Source: Euglena gracilis
Lineage: Eukaryota
Reading direction: 5' to 3'
Length of the DNA stretch: 64,000 nt
NCBI GenBank assembly: GCA_039621445.1
Contig: CP154954.1
Span: forward strand, 14,681,667 to 14,745,666
In this document: piece after piece, positions 36,928 to 50,163 of the stretch
How the letters are laid out: the number at the start of each line of letters is the position of its first letter
Numbering within the stretch: position 1 is the stretch's first letter
The notes under the pieces: model-generated
What the model was told of the DNA's origin: nothing
Database searches by the model: none
The model's input: the letters and a program-made list of their open reading frames with translations, nothing else
Translations under genes and position numbers: made by a program

Positions 36928-38138
36928 CGACTGAGCAAAACTTCAAAATAAGATCCCGCAACAAGACTCCTGGTGCAAAGCGTCGGGGAGGGCCGCTTTT
37001 TCTTGAAAATTTTGGTGGTTTACCCCAACAATCTATCATGTCTTGCTCTGGGGGGGGGGCTGCCTAGGGTCCATTAGCTGGCAATTTTGCTGGTCACTAG
37101 GTTCCCCAGACCGTGAATCCCGCTCAATCCTTGACACAAAAATGATGAAGTTCTAGGGTTTTTTGAAGTGCAAAAAAAATGTGGTAAAATTACACCAATT
37201 TCCACATTGCGCACCGAAGGAATTTTTTTAGTGCTTTTGGGAACCTGAAAAATAATGATTATTCTGGGCCCCGGTTGGTCAAGGAAAAATGCAAATATAG
37301 GATCTTCCCGGAACAAGACCCTGGAGGTTTCCAGCAATGGACCCAAAGTTAGACTCAGGTCATATTTTGGGCGGGGATCACGTGAGCGTTGGTCCAGACA
37401 AACCTCCACCCCCCTTCAGACTGATGGAGGATCCGGGACCCCCCAGAAACCCAAAAAAGAAGACAACTTTTTTTTTCTCCGGTGCATTGCACCAGAATTT
37501 TTTTTCGTGTCTATTTTGGCCTATTTTTCAAGAAGAATTTGGAAAACGCGATTTTTGGGGTTTTTCAAGTCCCAAAAAATTTCCGCCTTTTTTTTCCCCG
37601 GGAGGGAGTCCAACCCTCCCTTTCGGTGGTGTCCAGACCACTCCCTTCTTGCCTGCTCATTTCGTAACCTGGTCGACCTCCTTCCTGGTCAGAGACAGAA
37701 AAATGTTTTAGCGGCTGCCTCCCTGGTGAGAGACAAACATTCATGGTTATTGAACAGGGATGGGAGGTTGTTGGGTGGAAAAGGACCAGCCTGGACGCAA
37801 ATGAACAATGCAACCCCAGTCCTGGTGGTCAGGCTTCTTCATAAGGGTTCGCATTCCAACCCTGGGGGGGTCGACTGAAGCTAGTCCGAGTTGGGCTTGG
37901 ACCCCGGGGGGGGGGGTCCACTTGCAGGCTAGGTGGTGGTTTTTTTTTAACAAGTCACCGGCGCCAAGCGAGAAATTTTTACTTGAACCCCAAACCTTCC
38001 AAAAGTGCCCGTCTTTTTTTTTGGAACTTTTTTGGAACAAGCCGAAAAAAACACCCACCAAAAACCCATCCACTCGGCGCAGCCAGTTGGTGTGTGTTTT
38101 CCAGTGGATTTCCAGTGGGGGATTTTAGGGACCCGGAC

Positions 38139-38397
38139 CAGGCTTCTTTTTAAGTAAGAAGACCCCCCCCCCTGGGGGGGAGGGGGGTGGGTGGGTGGGT
38201 CCGGGCCGCCCCCCCCCCCCGGGTTGGGGGGTCCTGCGCCGGAGGCGCCGGGTATACCTTTTCGGCGCAAAGCGCCAAAATTTTTTGAAAATTGCCTTTA
38301 ACGGGCCCGATTTTGGGGGTCCCCGCCCCCCCAGGGGGGTCCCGCGCCACCCTGGGTGGGTGGGGGGACCTCCCCGGGGGTCTTGAAAAGAAGCCTG
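38139..38397. mobile_element. MITE (hAT-like)
   Basis: TIR CAGGCTTCTTTT / AAAAGAAGCCTG; TSD ACCCGGAC at 38131-38138 and 38398-38405. Confidence 0.95.
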
Positions 38398-38959
38398 ACC
38401 CGGACTCCGGACCTCCCAGCAGAGAGTGGCCCAGTAAGTGGCTTTTCTAGTGGCAAGTTTCAGAACCCCCGGGATCTCAAGGGAAAGCCTGGCTCTGATA
38501 ATGCAATAGGTGTGTGTGTGTGTGGTGTGGTGTGTGTGTGTGTGTGTGTTTATGCTTGTGTGCAGTTGTGTGTTTTTTTTTTTAAATTACAGGTCCTGGT
38601 TTTCCATTGGAAATTGTCCAATCATGCTGGTTTTTCGCATCGGCACTCGATTCGGCTGCACTGGTCCTGAACCTGTACACCTGCAATCTGACCAAGTTTT
38701 TCAAAATTCACTCTCGTTCCGCCCTGCTCACTGGAATATGGTGAGAGAGCACTTTCTTCCTTCCCACCTCATTCGTTGCACTGCAACTGCTTTGACCGTG
38801 CCACGTCTTTGCCTGTGGTAACAGAGGATGCTTTGTTTATGGGTGTCTGTGCAGTGTCAACTGAAATGCATTCCAAACCTCCACTCCACTGGTGAATGTG
38901 TGATCAAATAAATGCTTTTTTGCGTTTTTTCTTGTTTGACCCCCTGTTTGTGTTTTGAG

Positions 38960-39310
38960 CAGGCTGAAGCACTGACCGACCCCCCCCCCCCCGGGGGGGT
39001 GGTTGACTGGTTTTTTCAGAGTGATTGACTGGTTTTTGGCCTGGACCCCCTCCCCCCCCCCCAAGGGGTGGTCGGCCAAGTGGGCAAAAGTGGCTTGAGT
39101 GACCCCGGCGCCGAAGGCGCTGGATAATTTTTTTTGGCCTAAAATGGCGGTTTTTCTGGAAAATGGAAAGTGGCCGTTTTTCTGAGTGGCCGACCACCCC
39201 CCCCCCCCGGGGGGGGGGGGTAGTGGCTGGCTGGTTTTTTGAAAATGAGTGACTGACTGGTTTTTAAAAAAGTGGAGTGACACCCCCGGGGGTCGGTAAA
39301 AAATTGTGTG
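38960..39310. mobile_element. MITE with imperfect TIR
   Basis: CA...TG termini, subterminal ACCGACCCC/GGGGTCGGT; TSD GTTTTGAG at 38952-38959 and 39311-39318. Confidence 0.85.
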
Positions 39311-41139
39311 GTTTTGAGGTGCCTACCCCCCATGTGTGATGAACCCCCTGGCCCAATGAACAGGGGGTCCGGACTTTCCAACTTTTCATCTTTTACAGCA
39401 ATGCAAATGCCCATACACTCATGCTCAAAAATTTTGCCCGATTCGGAATCTCTTGATTTTATTTTGGTGTTCATTCGGCTTGGGGGGGGGGAGGTACATG
39501 AAACATTGCTGCACAATAAAAATTAACCTCATGTTTATGGATTCCGGATTATTTCACATTCTCCTTTGGAGAGTGGTCAACCAACGATGGTGGGTTAGGC
39601 GTGAACCGTCACTGCTTGATGGGACAAGATATCGGAAGACTTGGCACAATGCAGCTTTCATGAAATGGCCTCTTTCCAACCCATGGCAACCTGCTGAAGC
39701 GTCCCCCACTGGCTGCATCATTTGTTGACCACTGGTTAACATTTGGGGGGGTTAGCTGCAGGTGAGATTCTCATTCAGACGGACCAATGCAATGTCCAAT
39801 GTAACTCAAGCAGCTCCCCCAATTTTATATTTTGGTGGAATTTCAAGGTCCTCATTTTCCCCAATAATGTGCATTTTCTTGTCCAAAATGGACGATTTCT
39901 GGAAAAAAAATTCTGGTTTCTCCTGAATGCCACCATGGGTTTATGTTATGTTTGGGGGTTTTGCACTATTTTTATGTACTACTCCTGAATACCTGGGACA
40001 AGGAGGGGGTTGGCTTTCAGAAGTTGAAAGTAGGAAGTTTGACTGATTCAGCCTGCGTCCATCAACCAACCGCTCCTGCCGACACCTGATCGTACAGCTT
40101 CCCACGCTTTCCCCTGCTTCGGGCCCAGGCTTTTTCTGTTGTTCTGAAAAAACTGAATTGGTGAGTTAATTCTGACGTCAAACCCACTGGGTCACGAGGG
40201 TTACCTTGGCCCCCTATTACTTACATGCAAGCTTGGCCCCCCAAAGTTGGCCTTTTCTGCAAATTTGCAATCTTGGCCTTTAGTAAAGTTTTTTTTCCAC
40301 AGATCTTGCAGAATACTCACCGAAATCTCAAGGATTCCAATTTCGCGCTATGGTTTTTCCAGGCAAGAGGAAATGCTATCTGGACCTGTTTTCCTTCCCA
40401 AGTCTGTGATGACCAAGGTGACTGCTTTTGGGGAGGGTGTTACACAGAGTCTGGACAGAAATACATGGGAACCAAAAATGTTGAAGAATCGACAACATTG
40501 TGAGATCATCCACGTGAAAAGACAAAAAAGTAGCAAAACTTGATCTTCCTCGTGCTCGTGGGATAAGCACAAAATATAAAATTAAAACAAAGATTTATTT
40601 CAAAGCAGTGGGTGGGAACTCTGTGGTGCAGACATTTTTTCGCTGGCTCTGCTTTCTTCTTTACGTGGAAACAGCATGCCAGGTTGAAACAACGGGTTTT
40701 TGGCGCGCACGGGGATCCTGGACCCCCCCCCCTGCGATGAACATTCACCGGGGAAAGGGGGGGGTACCGGGCGGTGAATGTCACCATTTTGAGCGTTTGG
40801 GTGTTTTTTTTTTGCTTTGTCATATTTTGTTCTTTTTCCTCTAAAAATGACTATTTTGATGCTGTTTGGTCGGAAATTTTGATAAAAGCTTCACCGGTGA
40901 AGTTCACCATTGGTTTATGCGAGGGAGGGAAGGTGTCCAGGACCCCCCAGTGAAGTTTCAAACGGTGAGCCTCACCACAGGGGGGAGGTCCAAGATGACC
41001 AATACTGCCGGATCTCCAAGGCTGATGGCGGCCGGGAGTCCAAGATTCAACAGACAAAATTCTTCCCAATGCGAAAAAACCTTCCGGTCGCCTTCGGTGG
41101 CCGGCTTTTTGCAAAAAAAATTTGGGGTTGTTGCATTAT

Positions 41140-41283
41140 GGTGGGCTTCCTACTCATGAAGGCGACAGGCACCGTACGCTTGGCCCGTGCGTCTTCTGGA
41201 GTAGGAGCCCTATCCTCCCCAACCAATTGATACTGGCTCGCATCCACTCTTAAAACAAATTGTTTGTCTGGATTAACGTGTTT
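41140..41283 (-). pseudogene. Ty3/Gypsy pol RNase H fragment
   Basis: HVNPDKQFVLRVDASQY...PVAFMSRK matches the F.L.xDAS...PVAF.SRK signature; internally deleted. Confidence 0.8.
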
Positions 41284-43751
41284 TAGAATTAATTCATTGC
41301 ACAACAGTGATTTCATTTTTTAAAATGTCACAATGTTGGATGGGTCCCAAGCAGGGGTTTTTTTAGTCTTGGACCCCCTCCCCCGGGGGGGGAGGGGGGG
41401 TAGGGTGGGTGGGTCCCTTGGACCCCCTCACCGCAGGCAGAGGGTGACAATCCAGCCCCCGGTGACACATCTCAAAACAGGAAAGGGCTCGCCCAGTCCA
41501 GGGATGCAATTCCACCCAGGGTTTCACCATCCATAGGCCAGAGACGCCGATACCGCGGACGTTATTGTGTCCTTGGGGGGCACACCTCTTGCAATCTGAA
41601 GTGTGCCACTGAGTCCGGGTTATATCGGACCTTCTTTCATCCCCCAACCTTGACCGCTTTGCGGGGTAGCAGTGTGCTGGCTTGACCTCGCTGAACCATC
41701 AAATGTGCTGGAGGGAGCTACCCGTGGGACACTTCACAGGCAATTTTCCGCGACTCCTGTTATTTGGTTTGGGAGAATGACAAACATTGTGTGTTGCTCC
41801 GATTTTTTCCCTTCCGATTTTAGTGGTGTATGGACCGGACATTTCCCCCTGACTATGGACAAAGAAATTGCAAGCAAAACAGCAATGTTATGAAAGTCTC
41901 GGAAATTCAAACAGAGCCGCCATGGAGGCTTTCAAACCCACGGGGACATGTACCTCTCCACAACGTGGGAACGTGCCTTCGACCATGGCGCCTGCCATTG
42001 CAGAAGCAGAGAAGCTTTCAGAGAGATTGCATCTTGTCCACCCCCGAAACTGTCTGTGTCGGGTGTGCCGCCCCATACCCCTGTGACATGCCCCCCCCCC
42101 CCCGGCGAAGGGCAGTTCTCGGCGAGGGGGACCTGATTTTTTAAACTATCTGACACGCATTTTCGAATAATTTCTGTTTTTTAATATTGTTTTCTATTTT
42201 CTGCTTTTTTTCAATCTGGCAACTCCGTAGTTGGCAAAGTACAAGAACCCTAGAGCGGCTCGTGCAACCTATTGAAAATGAACAAAGGAGCAAAATTACT
42301 GGAATACAACAGAACAGTCAACAAAAAATAACAACAACAACAAAAAACGCAAACAAATTGTATTATGAGAAAGGGCTCAAGAAACCATGTAAATGTGACA
42401 TAAATTGAAATAATTAAACAAGGTAAAGCAGAATAGAAATAAACAGAGCAGCATCTGGGAGCATAATTTGCGTGCATCTTCTTTGAATGCATCTTCTTCA
42501 CATACCCCAGTACATACCCCAGTTTGTGGCCTGTCGGATGGTTCCACTTTCCGCTTTCAGTAATACCTCCAATTGTCTAGCACACTTGGAAATGTTTTGT
42601 GACTTCGAAGCAGTGTTTTCTTCAGGTGCTGGCTGGACCCACAGCCCTTTTCCAGCTGAAAATTAAGGTTATCAAAACCCAAACACCCACCCTCAAAACA
42701 CCCACTTTTGACCATTTTTGGACCGAATTTCTCCAATTTGCATCCCAAAAAAATCCCCCAGCCCACCAGTACCACGGGACCTCTCCCACCCGTCCCCCCG
42801 TAACTCTCACTCTCCACTCATTGTTTGAGGGCATTGAATTTTTTCGACCTTTTCCCCCTGAATTGGTCAGAAATGCCCCCAAAGGAGTGGTGGGTTCTGC
42901 TTGTGTCTCCCCTTCTCAGGGTAGTATAGGAAGCTCCGCAGACAGAGGTAGATGGGGGACCCCTAGGGGGTCACCCCCCCTAGGGGGATCCCCCATCCCC
43001 CTTTCTAGTTTTGGAAGTGGGTCCGCCACCCCCCCCGTCCTCTGCGGGGGCAAAATAAAAATCTTCCGGCGCTTCGCGCCGGGGGTGTATTCTAGGACCC
43101 ACTTGAGGCTCAAAGTAATAATATGCACTCGATGGCGAGAATTTCCAGCTACCAAAACTGGAGATAGGAGGGGTGTTTGCCCCCCCTCCCCAGATTCCCA
43201 AACAAGCCTGCCCCTCCTTCTCCGGAAAATCGCCGCCGTGAGGTCACGCGGTCACACGCCTCCCAGTCACATCCCGTGCCCTGGGGCCCAGTGCCGGCCC
43301 CTCACTCGCCCCCACACGCGTGCTGCCTTCCGCCTCGGTCGCCTCCATCCCCAGGGTGGGACGCGCTGCCAGTTGCCCAGGCGCTGATGCCATTTTCCAT
43401 GAAGAGACCATGGAAGCTGAGGACCACCCTCGGTAAGTCTTGCGGATTTAGTCACCCCTTTTCACCCCAGGGTTTCACACTTTCTTTTTGACAATCAACA
43501 GAAAGATTCAGGGTCCTTTGGTAATGAAGGTGCCCATTGTTCTTTTTTCCCCATTGGGCCACAGAGACCCCCCCGCCAGGCTTATGGTTGGGACAGTCCG
43601 TTGCGGTATATCATTTGCAGTTATAAGACGCTGTTCTTGAAACTCTTTCTTTGTGTTGGATATTTTATTTTTGCGTCTCTTTGTTATGAGCATGTGTTGA
43701 CTTTGAAAGTTTTGGTTAGAAATGATTCCGATTCAAATCTGACTTTGGGGC

Positions 43752-44152
43752 CAAGGTTTGATATAAGGAGGGCGTACATGGTTTAGGTGGGGGGTGCCCC
43801 CCCCCCCCCCCCCCTCCTGGCCCGCAGGGGGGGTCCGGACCACCCCCCCCCTGGGGAGGGTACCCGGGACCCCCCCCAAAAAGGGTCAATTTTTTCCTCC
43901 GGCGCTTTGCGCCGAATTTTTTTTGCATTTTTTGGCACATTTTAGCCCCAAAAGTGCCCAAAATGGCACTTTTGGTCGTTTTGGGGGGTCAAAAATTTTC
44001 GGCTGGCACTTCGCGCCGGGCTGAAATTCGGTCACTCGGGCCGCACCCGTGTTTAGGTGGGGGGGGGTGGCCCCCCCCACCCCCCCACCTCCTGGCCTGC
44101 AGGGGGGGGTCCGGACCACCCCCCCCCCCACCTGTCCTTACATCGAACCCTG
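43752..44152. mobile_element. MITE (same family as 25768-26151)
   Basis: TIR CAAGGTTTGATATAAGG / CCTTACATCGAACCCTG; TSD TTTGGGGC at 43744-43751 and 44153-44160. Confidence 0.95.
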
Positions 44153-47120
44153 TTTGGGGCCCAATTTTCAGCTGAGACCTTTTTCATTAGAAACGTGAGA
44201 AACGGAAAAAAAAATATTATTATATTATTAATTGTATTTATGTCACAACAATACAAACGTTTTTACAACAATCTTTTTCGAAAGGGAAAGAGAAAATTGT
44301 GTTTCTTTTTTTAGAACATTTCAAACAAAATGAGTTTTAATGACTAATTTAATATTTTCAAAATGGAATGAGTCACTACCCTAGTTTTTTTTTTACAACT
44401 TTTTTGTTCTTTCAGAACAACATTCCAGGATTCTGCCAGAATTCTGCAAGTTCACGACCTTGACCAGAATACAACTCCGGAGGTCAAAGTGGGGGACTGA
44501 ATTCCCTTTTCTCTGCCACGGCCCACAGATTTTTTTGGGGCCTCAACTTCTCAAAACCTCAATTTCTGCCGTTTTGGAGGAAAAAAATTGTCAGAGTCAG
44601 AAGATTTGGAATTTTGGGCCATTTTTGGGATCAGATTTTGACCAACAATCCCTGGACTCATTAACTCCCCATTTAGTTCATTCACCGTTTCATTGACCGA
44701 TCCCAACCATGGTGTAATCACTCTGGGGCATTGTTTTTCCTCCGTAGGGACAACCCGCCTAAGAGAAAAACCAGACGAAGATGACGGAAGTTCCCGCATC
44801 ACTGTGGAGGCATTTGGAGTTTCAGAGACCTCCTCCATCAGAAAGGAGTATCCACATGTGCAGGGACACCAGGGATTTCAGGGACCTCCTTGATTCGTCA
44901 TTTTATCAAAGGCGGGAATCCTCACTTCCCATTGCGGACTTTCCGGAGAGTGACGCCTGCATGTAAAAAGTCCTTATTTTTCGGTTGAAGTGTATTGCGA
45001 CAGGAATTTTTTTTTTAAGTTAGGGACCGTCCTTCTGATCGACAGAAGTGCTTTCTTTTGCATTTCCAACTCAGACGAAATATTTTTGATGTCAACTCAG
45101 GGAGTGGGGTCATATTCCCCCTCGAGTCAGCTCAGTCTTCCCGAGTTTCCAAGTACCCCTCGGGTTTCCAAGCTCCCCACGGCCAAGAGGATCTGTGAAA
45201 ACGTACGAGGCGACAGCAAAACTTTGTTGTGTTTGACTTTGACCTAATAATGATGGTGAAACCGCGGCTCGTTTGTTTCGTCCCGTCCCCCACCGCCGCT
45301 GCCGGCCCACCCTGGCGGTCTCTTCCTTCCACTGTTGTGCCTCTGCCACTTGGCTGGGACGCTCCCCCCTCCGGTCTGCACCGCCAGCGCTGACGCACCG
45401 CCAGTGCGCCGGGCCTTCCACACACGCACTCAGCCGCTGCGAGTCGCACACTCTCGGGTGACAAAGAGACCTTTCCACCCCTGGACTGACCCCGTGTGGA
45501 AAGCCACGCAAGACAACCGTTCACAAGTCTCTCTCTTTTTGCTCTCTGTTCCTGCTCTTTTCCAGGAGCAGGCATGATTATTTTTAATGCACCTTTTCCC
45601 CGAAATTTTAAAGCATTTTAAGGCCTTTTTAAGCCTTTTTAAGGCGCTATTTTGGTCCAAGGGCTGTTGACCCTTAAAAGCGAGTAATCCGTCAGCGTCC
45701 AGCCGCCCTTCGGGCGGCGGGAAATAAATACATCTCATTGATGGGGGGTGGGGGGGTCCAGGGCTGCAAAAAGCTGCGGGCCCCCCCAGGTGTCAAATTT
45801 TTTTTAGGCAATAATACTTAAAAACAGCTGAAAATTTAATGAAAACTTTTCGCATTTTCAGGAACAAAATTTGAAAAATTGAAAAGCCAGAGCACCTAAA
45901 ACAAGAAAAACCAAGCAAATATGATAAAACAAAAAATTGCTTTCTGAAGCACACAACAAGTCAGTGACTACACAGGGAGGAGAAATCCCTATAACGACAG
46001 GACAGCGGGGACAGAGGGGAGAGTACAGGTTCCCGGGCAGGTCTGGGTCAGAAGGGAAAAGAGCTGACATTTTCGTCCCTGGGGGAAAGCCTCATTTTCC
46101 GAAACAGCAGGGGGAGACAGCAGACAGAGCATTGACGAAGGGAAGGCTGGGGGAAGAATATCAAGGGGTAAGAATTTTGTTGGGCCATGAGCAAAATAAC
46201 CCAAACTGTTAAAAGGTCCAAGATAACAAGTAATGCCGAGGGTCCACTTTTGGGGCAAGCCTGCATGCAACGAGGAGGGGGCGAAACGCCCGGGGAAGGG
46301 TGTTCAGGGAAGAGATACCCCCCAAACCAGCAAGGGAAACACCCCCCCTGTTCAAAACACGGCAAGGTTTTGGGTTTGTTCTTGACACGGGCAATCAATG
46401 ACACAGTGTGTGAAATAAAAGGGGGCCAAGGTATGTCTGTCCCTTGGGAAACACCTGCTTCGATTGCTAAATCCCCCGAATAAGCAATTGGTTACCTATA
46501 TTTATGTTTCTGAAAAGGGGCTGAAGGTGATTTGAATTTGGGGGTGAATGTTTCTTTCAAGCTCTCCAATGCCATTTTCATGAATATTTTCTTCACAGCA
46601 CCAGGCTCGGAATGTCTTTTGTTTGGGGTTTGCTTGCATTCAGGTGTCGGCCAAAATAGTCCAAAGGGCTGCTGAAATTTGGGGGTTACTCACAAAGGGG
46701 TTGCTAACATTGGGTGGTTTTTTCATGGTCTTTGCTATGGTGTTTCCAGTCTAATTCATCCCGTCAGGCTGGCCCTGTCCACCCCCAGGTCCCTCCCTCC
46801 TGGCCAGGCATTGTTATTTTTAAGGCGGCTAGAAAAACTTTAAAATCCCTTAAAATCCTTAAAATGGACTGGCGGAATTTTCTCTGACCGATCAAGAATC
46901 AAAGATCAAAATCTCGCCAAAACAAGCCAACTTCCGGAAGAAAAAATGATGTCTGGCATTGCTGGAACATTATCTATCCAACCAGAACTCAAAAAAATGT
47001 GTTTTCCCCTAATTCAGTTGTTTCGTCATTAGTCTTGCTTTTTTGTGGTTAAACCCCCCATGGGTTGCTGGCTTACAACAACTGGTATTTTCATCTGGGT
47101 GGCTCGTTTGCACCCTAAAG

Positions 47121-47596
47121 CAGGGGGGGGGAAATTCGTTTCGCATTTTTTCGCATTTTTTTCGCATTTTTTGCGCATTTTTTCAAATTTTCCAAAAATG
47201 CGCATTTTTGCGCATTTTTTCGCATTTTTTGCGCATTTTTTCATTTTTTTCAGCGCATTTTTTTTGCTTTTTGGCACATTTTTTCGTGACTTTCCAAAAT
47301 TTTCGCATTTTTTGACCATTTTTGCAATTTTTTGCAAAAAATTGATATTTTCGACTTTTTTTGAAACTTACATTTTCCTCATTATTCTACATAATTTCTT
47401 CAAATTTGGTGCCATTTTTGCTTGTTTTTGGGTAATTTTTGCATTTTCGTGATTTTTGCGCATTTTTTCTCGGATTTTGCACATTTTGCGCATTTTTTCC
47501 AAAAATGCACATTTTTTTGTGCATTTTTTTGTGCATTTTTGCGCATTTTTGCGCATTTTTTCCGAGGACGGGCGAGCGCATTTCCCCCCCCCCCTG
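47121..47596. mobile_element. MITE with (GCGCATTTTT)n interior
   Basis: TIR CAG-polyG-AAAT / ATTT-polyC-TG; flanking duplication CCTAAAG at 47114-47120 and 47597-47603. Confidence 0.88.
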
Positions 47597-49278
47597 CCTA
47601 AAGACCATTGGAATCTTAATAGCTGTCCTGAATTAGTTTGCCCCTTTGTCTGTTGTGGCCAACACGAACACAACGGGGGGGGGAGCACACGGGGGGAGCA
47701 TTTAACCTCAACCCAGATTTGGACAGCATTTGCAACGTTCCATCCGCCCCCACCCCCTCTTTTTCCCAGGTTAGCCATACTTTCAACAAAATGCTCTCCT
47801 CTCTCTCGCTGCCCTGCGGTGCCGATGTGCGGGTTGAGTGGACGGGCTCCAGAGCGGCTAAGGCGGCGTGCAGGCGATTGATTGCTGCGTTTAGCCGAAG
47901 GTTGGGGTGGTAACTACCTTCCCTGGATGGGTATGCTTTTTCTGGTTGCATGGGATTGTATACAATTTGGGGGGAAAATATGAAAAAGGAGTACGCGGGC
48001 TCGGCGACCTTGTTTTTGCATAGGTCTCCCACACGTCATCGTCAAGTGCTTCCAACAGAGAGTGATTTCCAGCAACAGGCCAATGATCAGCAATACTTTT
48101 TCCAGTTTCTTGTCTTTTTTTACCCTGCAAGTTTTATTCCTGAAGTTTAGTTGTTGTAATTGTTAGTGTTTGGCTGTTTGGAGGCACCATTGGCCGAGTC
48201 GGCCCAGCCAGGGCAGACTGGGGCCAACCATGGCGGATTTTTCAGGTGGGGTTGAGACCAGGGCCAGCCGGGGGGGGGGGGGGGTGCCGCCAACCACGTG
48301 CACCACGTGTGGCACCGTGTGCACCGCGTGACGCAGTTTGCACCATGTGGGAAGTTTCACTCATTTCCAACATCGCTCAAACTTTTTTCCCACTTTGGCC
48401 ACCTTTGGCTGCTTTTAACCTCCTTTTTCATTCTTCGGCTACTTGTTGCCATTTTTTTTTCCTTTTTTTGTTTTATTGGGTGTTTTTTCCCATTTGAACC
48501 ATTTTTGATGTTGTTGTTGTTGGTCATTTTTGGCCGCTGATTTGCAATTTTGACAATGTCTCAATTTTGAGCCTTTTTAGCCATTGCTTTGCCTGTTGTG
48601 GTGGTTGCAGATCTGGTGGGGCGTCGTGGTGCAGCACCATGCATTCCACGCGGTGCCGCGAAACATGCGATGCACGCGTTGCGGAAGCATCCCCTGCGCC
48701 GAATGAAATTTGAATTTGAAAATTGAAAAATGAAATTTGTCGACCAAGTTATCGGAAGTGAGTGCAAAGCATTCTGCCCTGTTCCCTCTCCCTCTCCTCA
48801 TTCTCTGGTTTCTCTCTTGTTTGTATTGCAATTTGAATCTTGCGAAGGGAATGAGCGCCTGCTGGAATTCAAAACAGAATGGAGTATTGCTGAAGACTGA
48901 TGAAGTTAAAATAATGGCAATTGTAATCAGGAAGAGCCACAGGGCGATGCAATTTCCACAGACAAGAAGATGTCACGAGGAAAATGCATCATGATGTAAA
49001 AAAGGCAGCTTTTTGGGACTTCGCCTACTTCCATTCTGACTAATTTCTTTCAGCAACCAGAAAAAAGGAAGTATGGCCAACGAAACTGAATTTATCTGAG
49101 TGTCATGCAGAGAGAACATTTGGTTTGTGCTTGAAGCAGGGGTTGTCTTTAAGCCGAACCAATTCGAATCTATTCGTAAGGGGTCCAGCATCCTTTCCAC
49201 AGCCTTTCTACAATTGCCCCTCCCCGGCTGGGCAGCAGACCTCCCTTTTGTTTGGAGCTTTGGTTGTTATTTGATTGA

Positions 49279-49518
49279 GATGGTGCAATTTGCATGTGAT
49301 TTGATGGTCCAATTTGCATGTGATTTGATGGTCCAATTTGCATGTGGTTTGATGGTCCAATTTGCATGTGATTTGATGGTCCAATTTGCATGTGATTTGA
49401 TGGTCCAATTTGCATGTCATTTGATGGTCCAATTTGCATGTGATTTGATGGTCCAATTTGCATGTGATTTGATGGTCCAATTTGCATGTGATTTGATGGT
49501 GCAATTTGCATGTGATTT
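49279..49518. repeat. 24-bp minisatellite x10 (GATGGTCCAATTTGCATGTGATTT)
   Basis: Direct reading; the unit is single-copy in X copy 2 at ~17156-17179. Confidence 0.96.
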
Positions 49519-50163
49519 GTGAACCATGAAGGTAGGGCCGGAAGCCATTGTTGGTGGTAAAAGAGTGTTAATGGAGTGGGAACACAAGAGCTCCAAGATT
49601 GGAATTGCGTGTGATTGCTCAGACGGATCAAGTTGCGAAGGATAGTGAAGGAAAATAGTGAAATTGTTTTCAAATTGAAATGGATAAATTCCTTGAAAGT
49701 TGGAAAAAAATGGCTCACCGTGGCAAAACGGCAAAGTGACTAAAACTGGGCTTGGGGATGAATTGGCTGTTGAAGAGAAGAAAGCTTTCGAAGGCAATGT
49801 AGCTGCTTAATTGAATGAAATGCATCTTCTTTGCTTTAAATATTTTTTCCAGATATTCTCACATGAAAAGATTACAGTTGAGATTGCTGTTATTGAAGCT
49901 CCAGAGGGGTGGGTCCTAATCAGCTGTTGGATTGAACCGGCTTGGCACCCGAAAGCGGCAAAAAAATGCCCAAACCCACCTGCCTTGGGTTTTTTTTTCA
50001 GCCAGTTTATTGAGGTGAAAACCCCAAAAACTATCAAATTTTGGAAAATGGCCATTTTTGACCATTTTGGACCCCTTGTCATCAACCTTTTTTTCGGTCC
50101 AGGCTGGTTTCACTGTCCTGCTGAGATTTTATTGTCACTCACCGGCTGGCAGGTGTTAGTTGG

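Noticed and set aside
44690-44960. GVTLRKV / GFSLRRV as WH2-like host exons
   Set aside because: Motifs too short, and the frame is broken between them.
49100-49718. Repeat-protein ORFs (MVQFACDL)n or a CRISPR-like array
   Set aside because: Head-to-tail 24-bp units with no spacers; the ORFs are a by-product of a unit length divisible by three.
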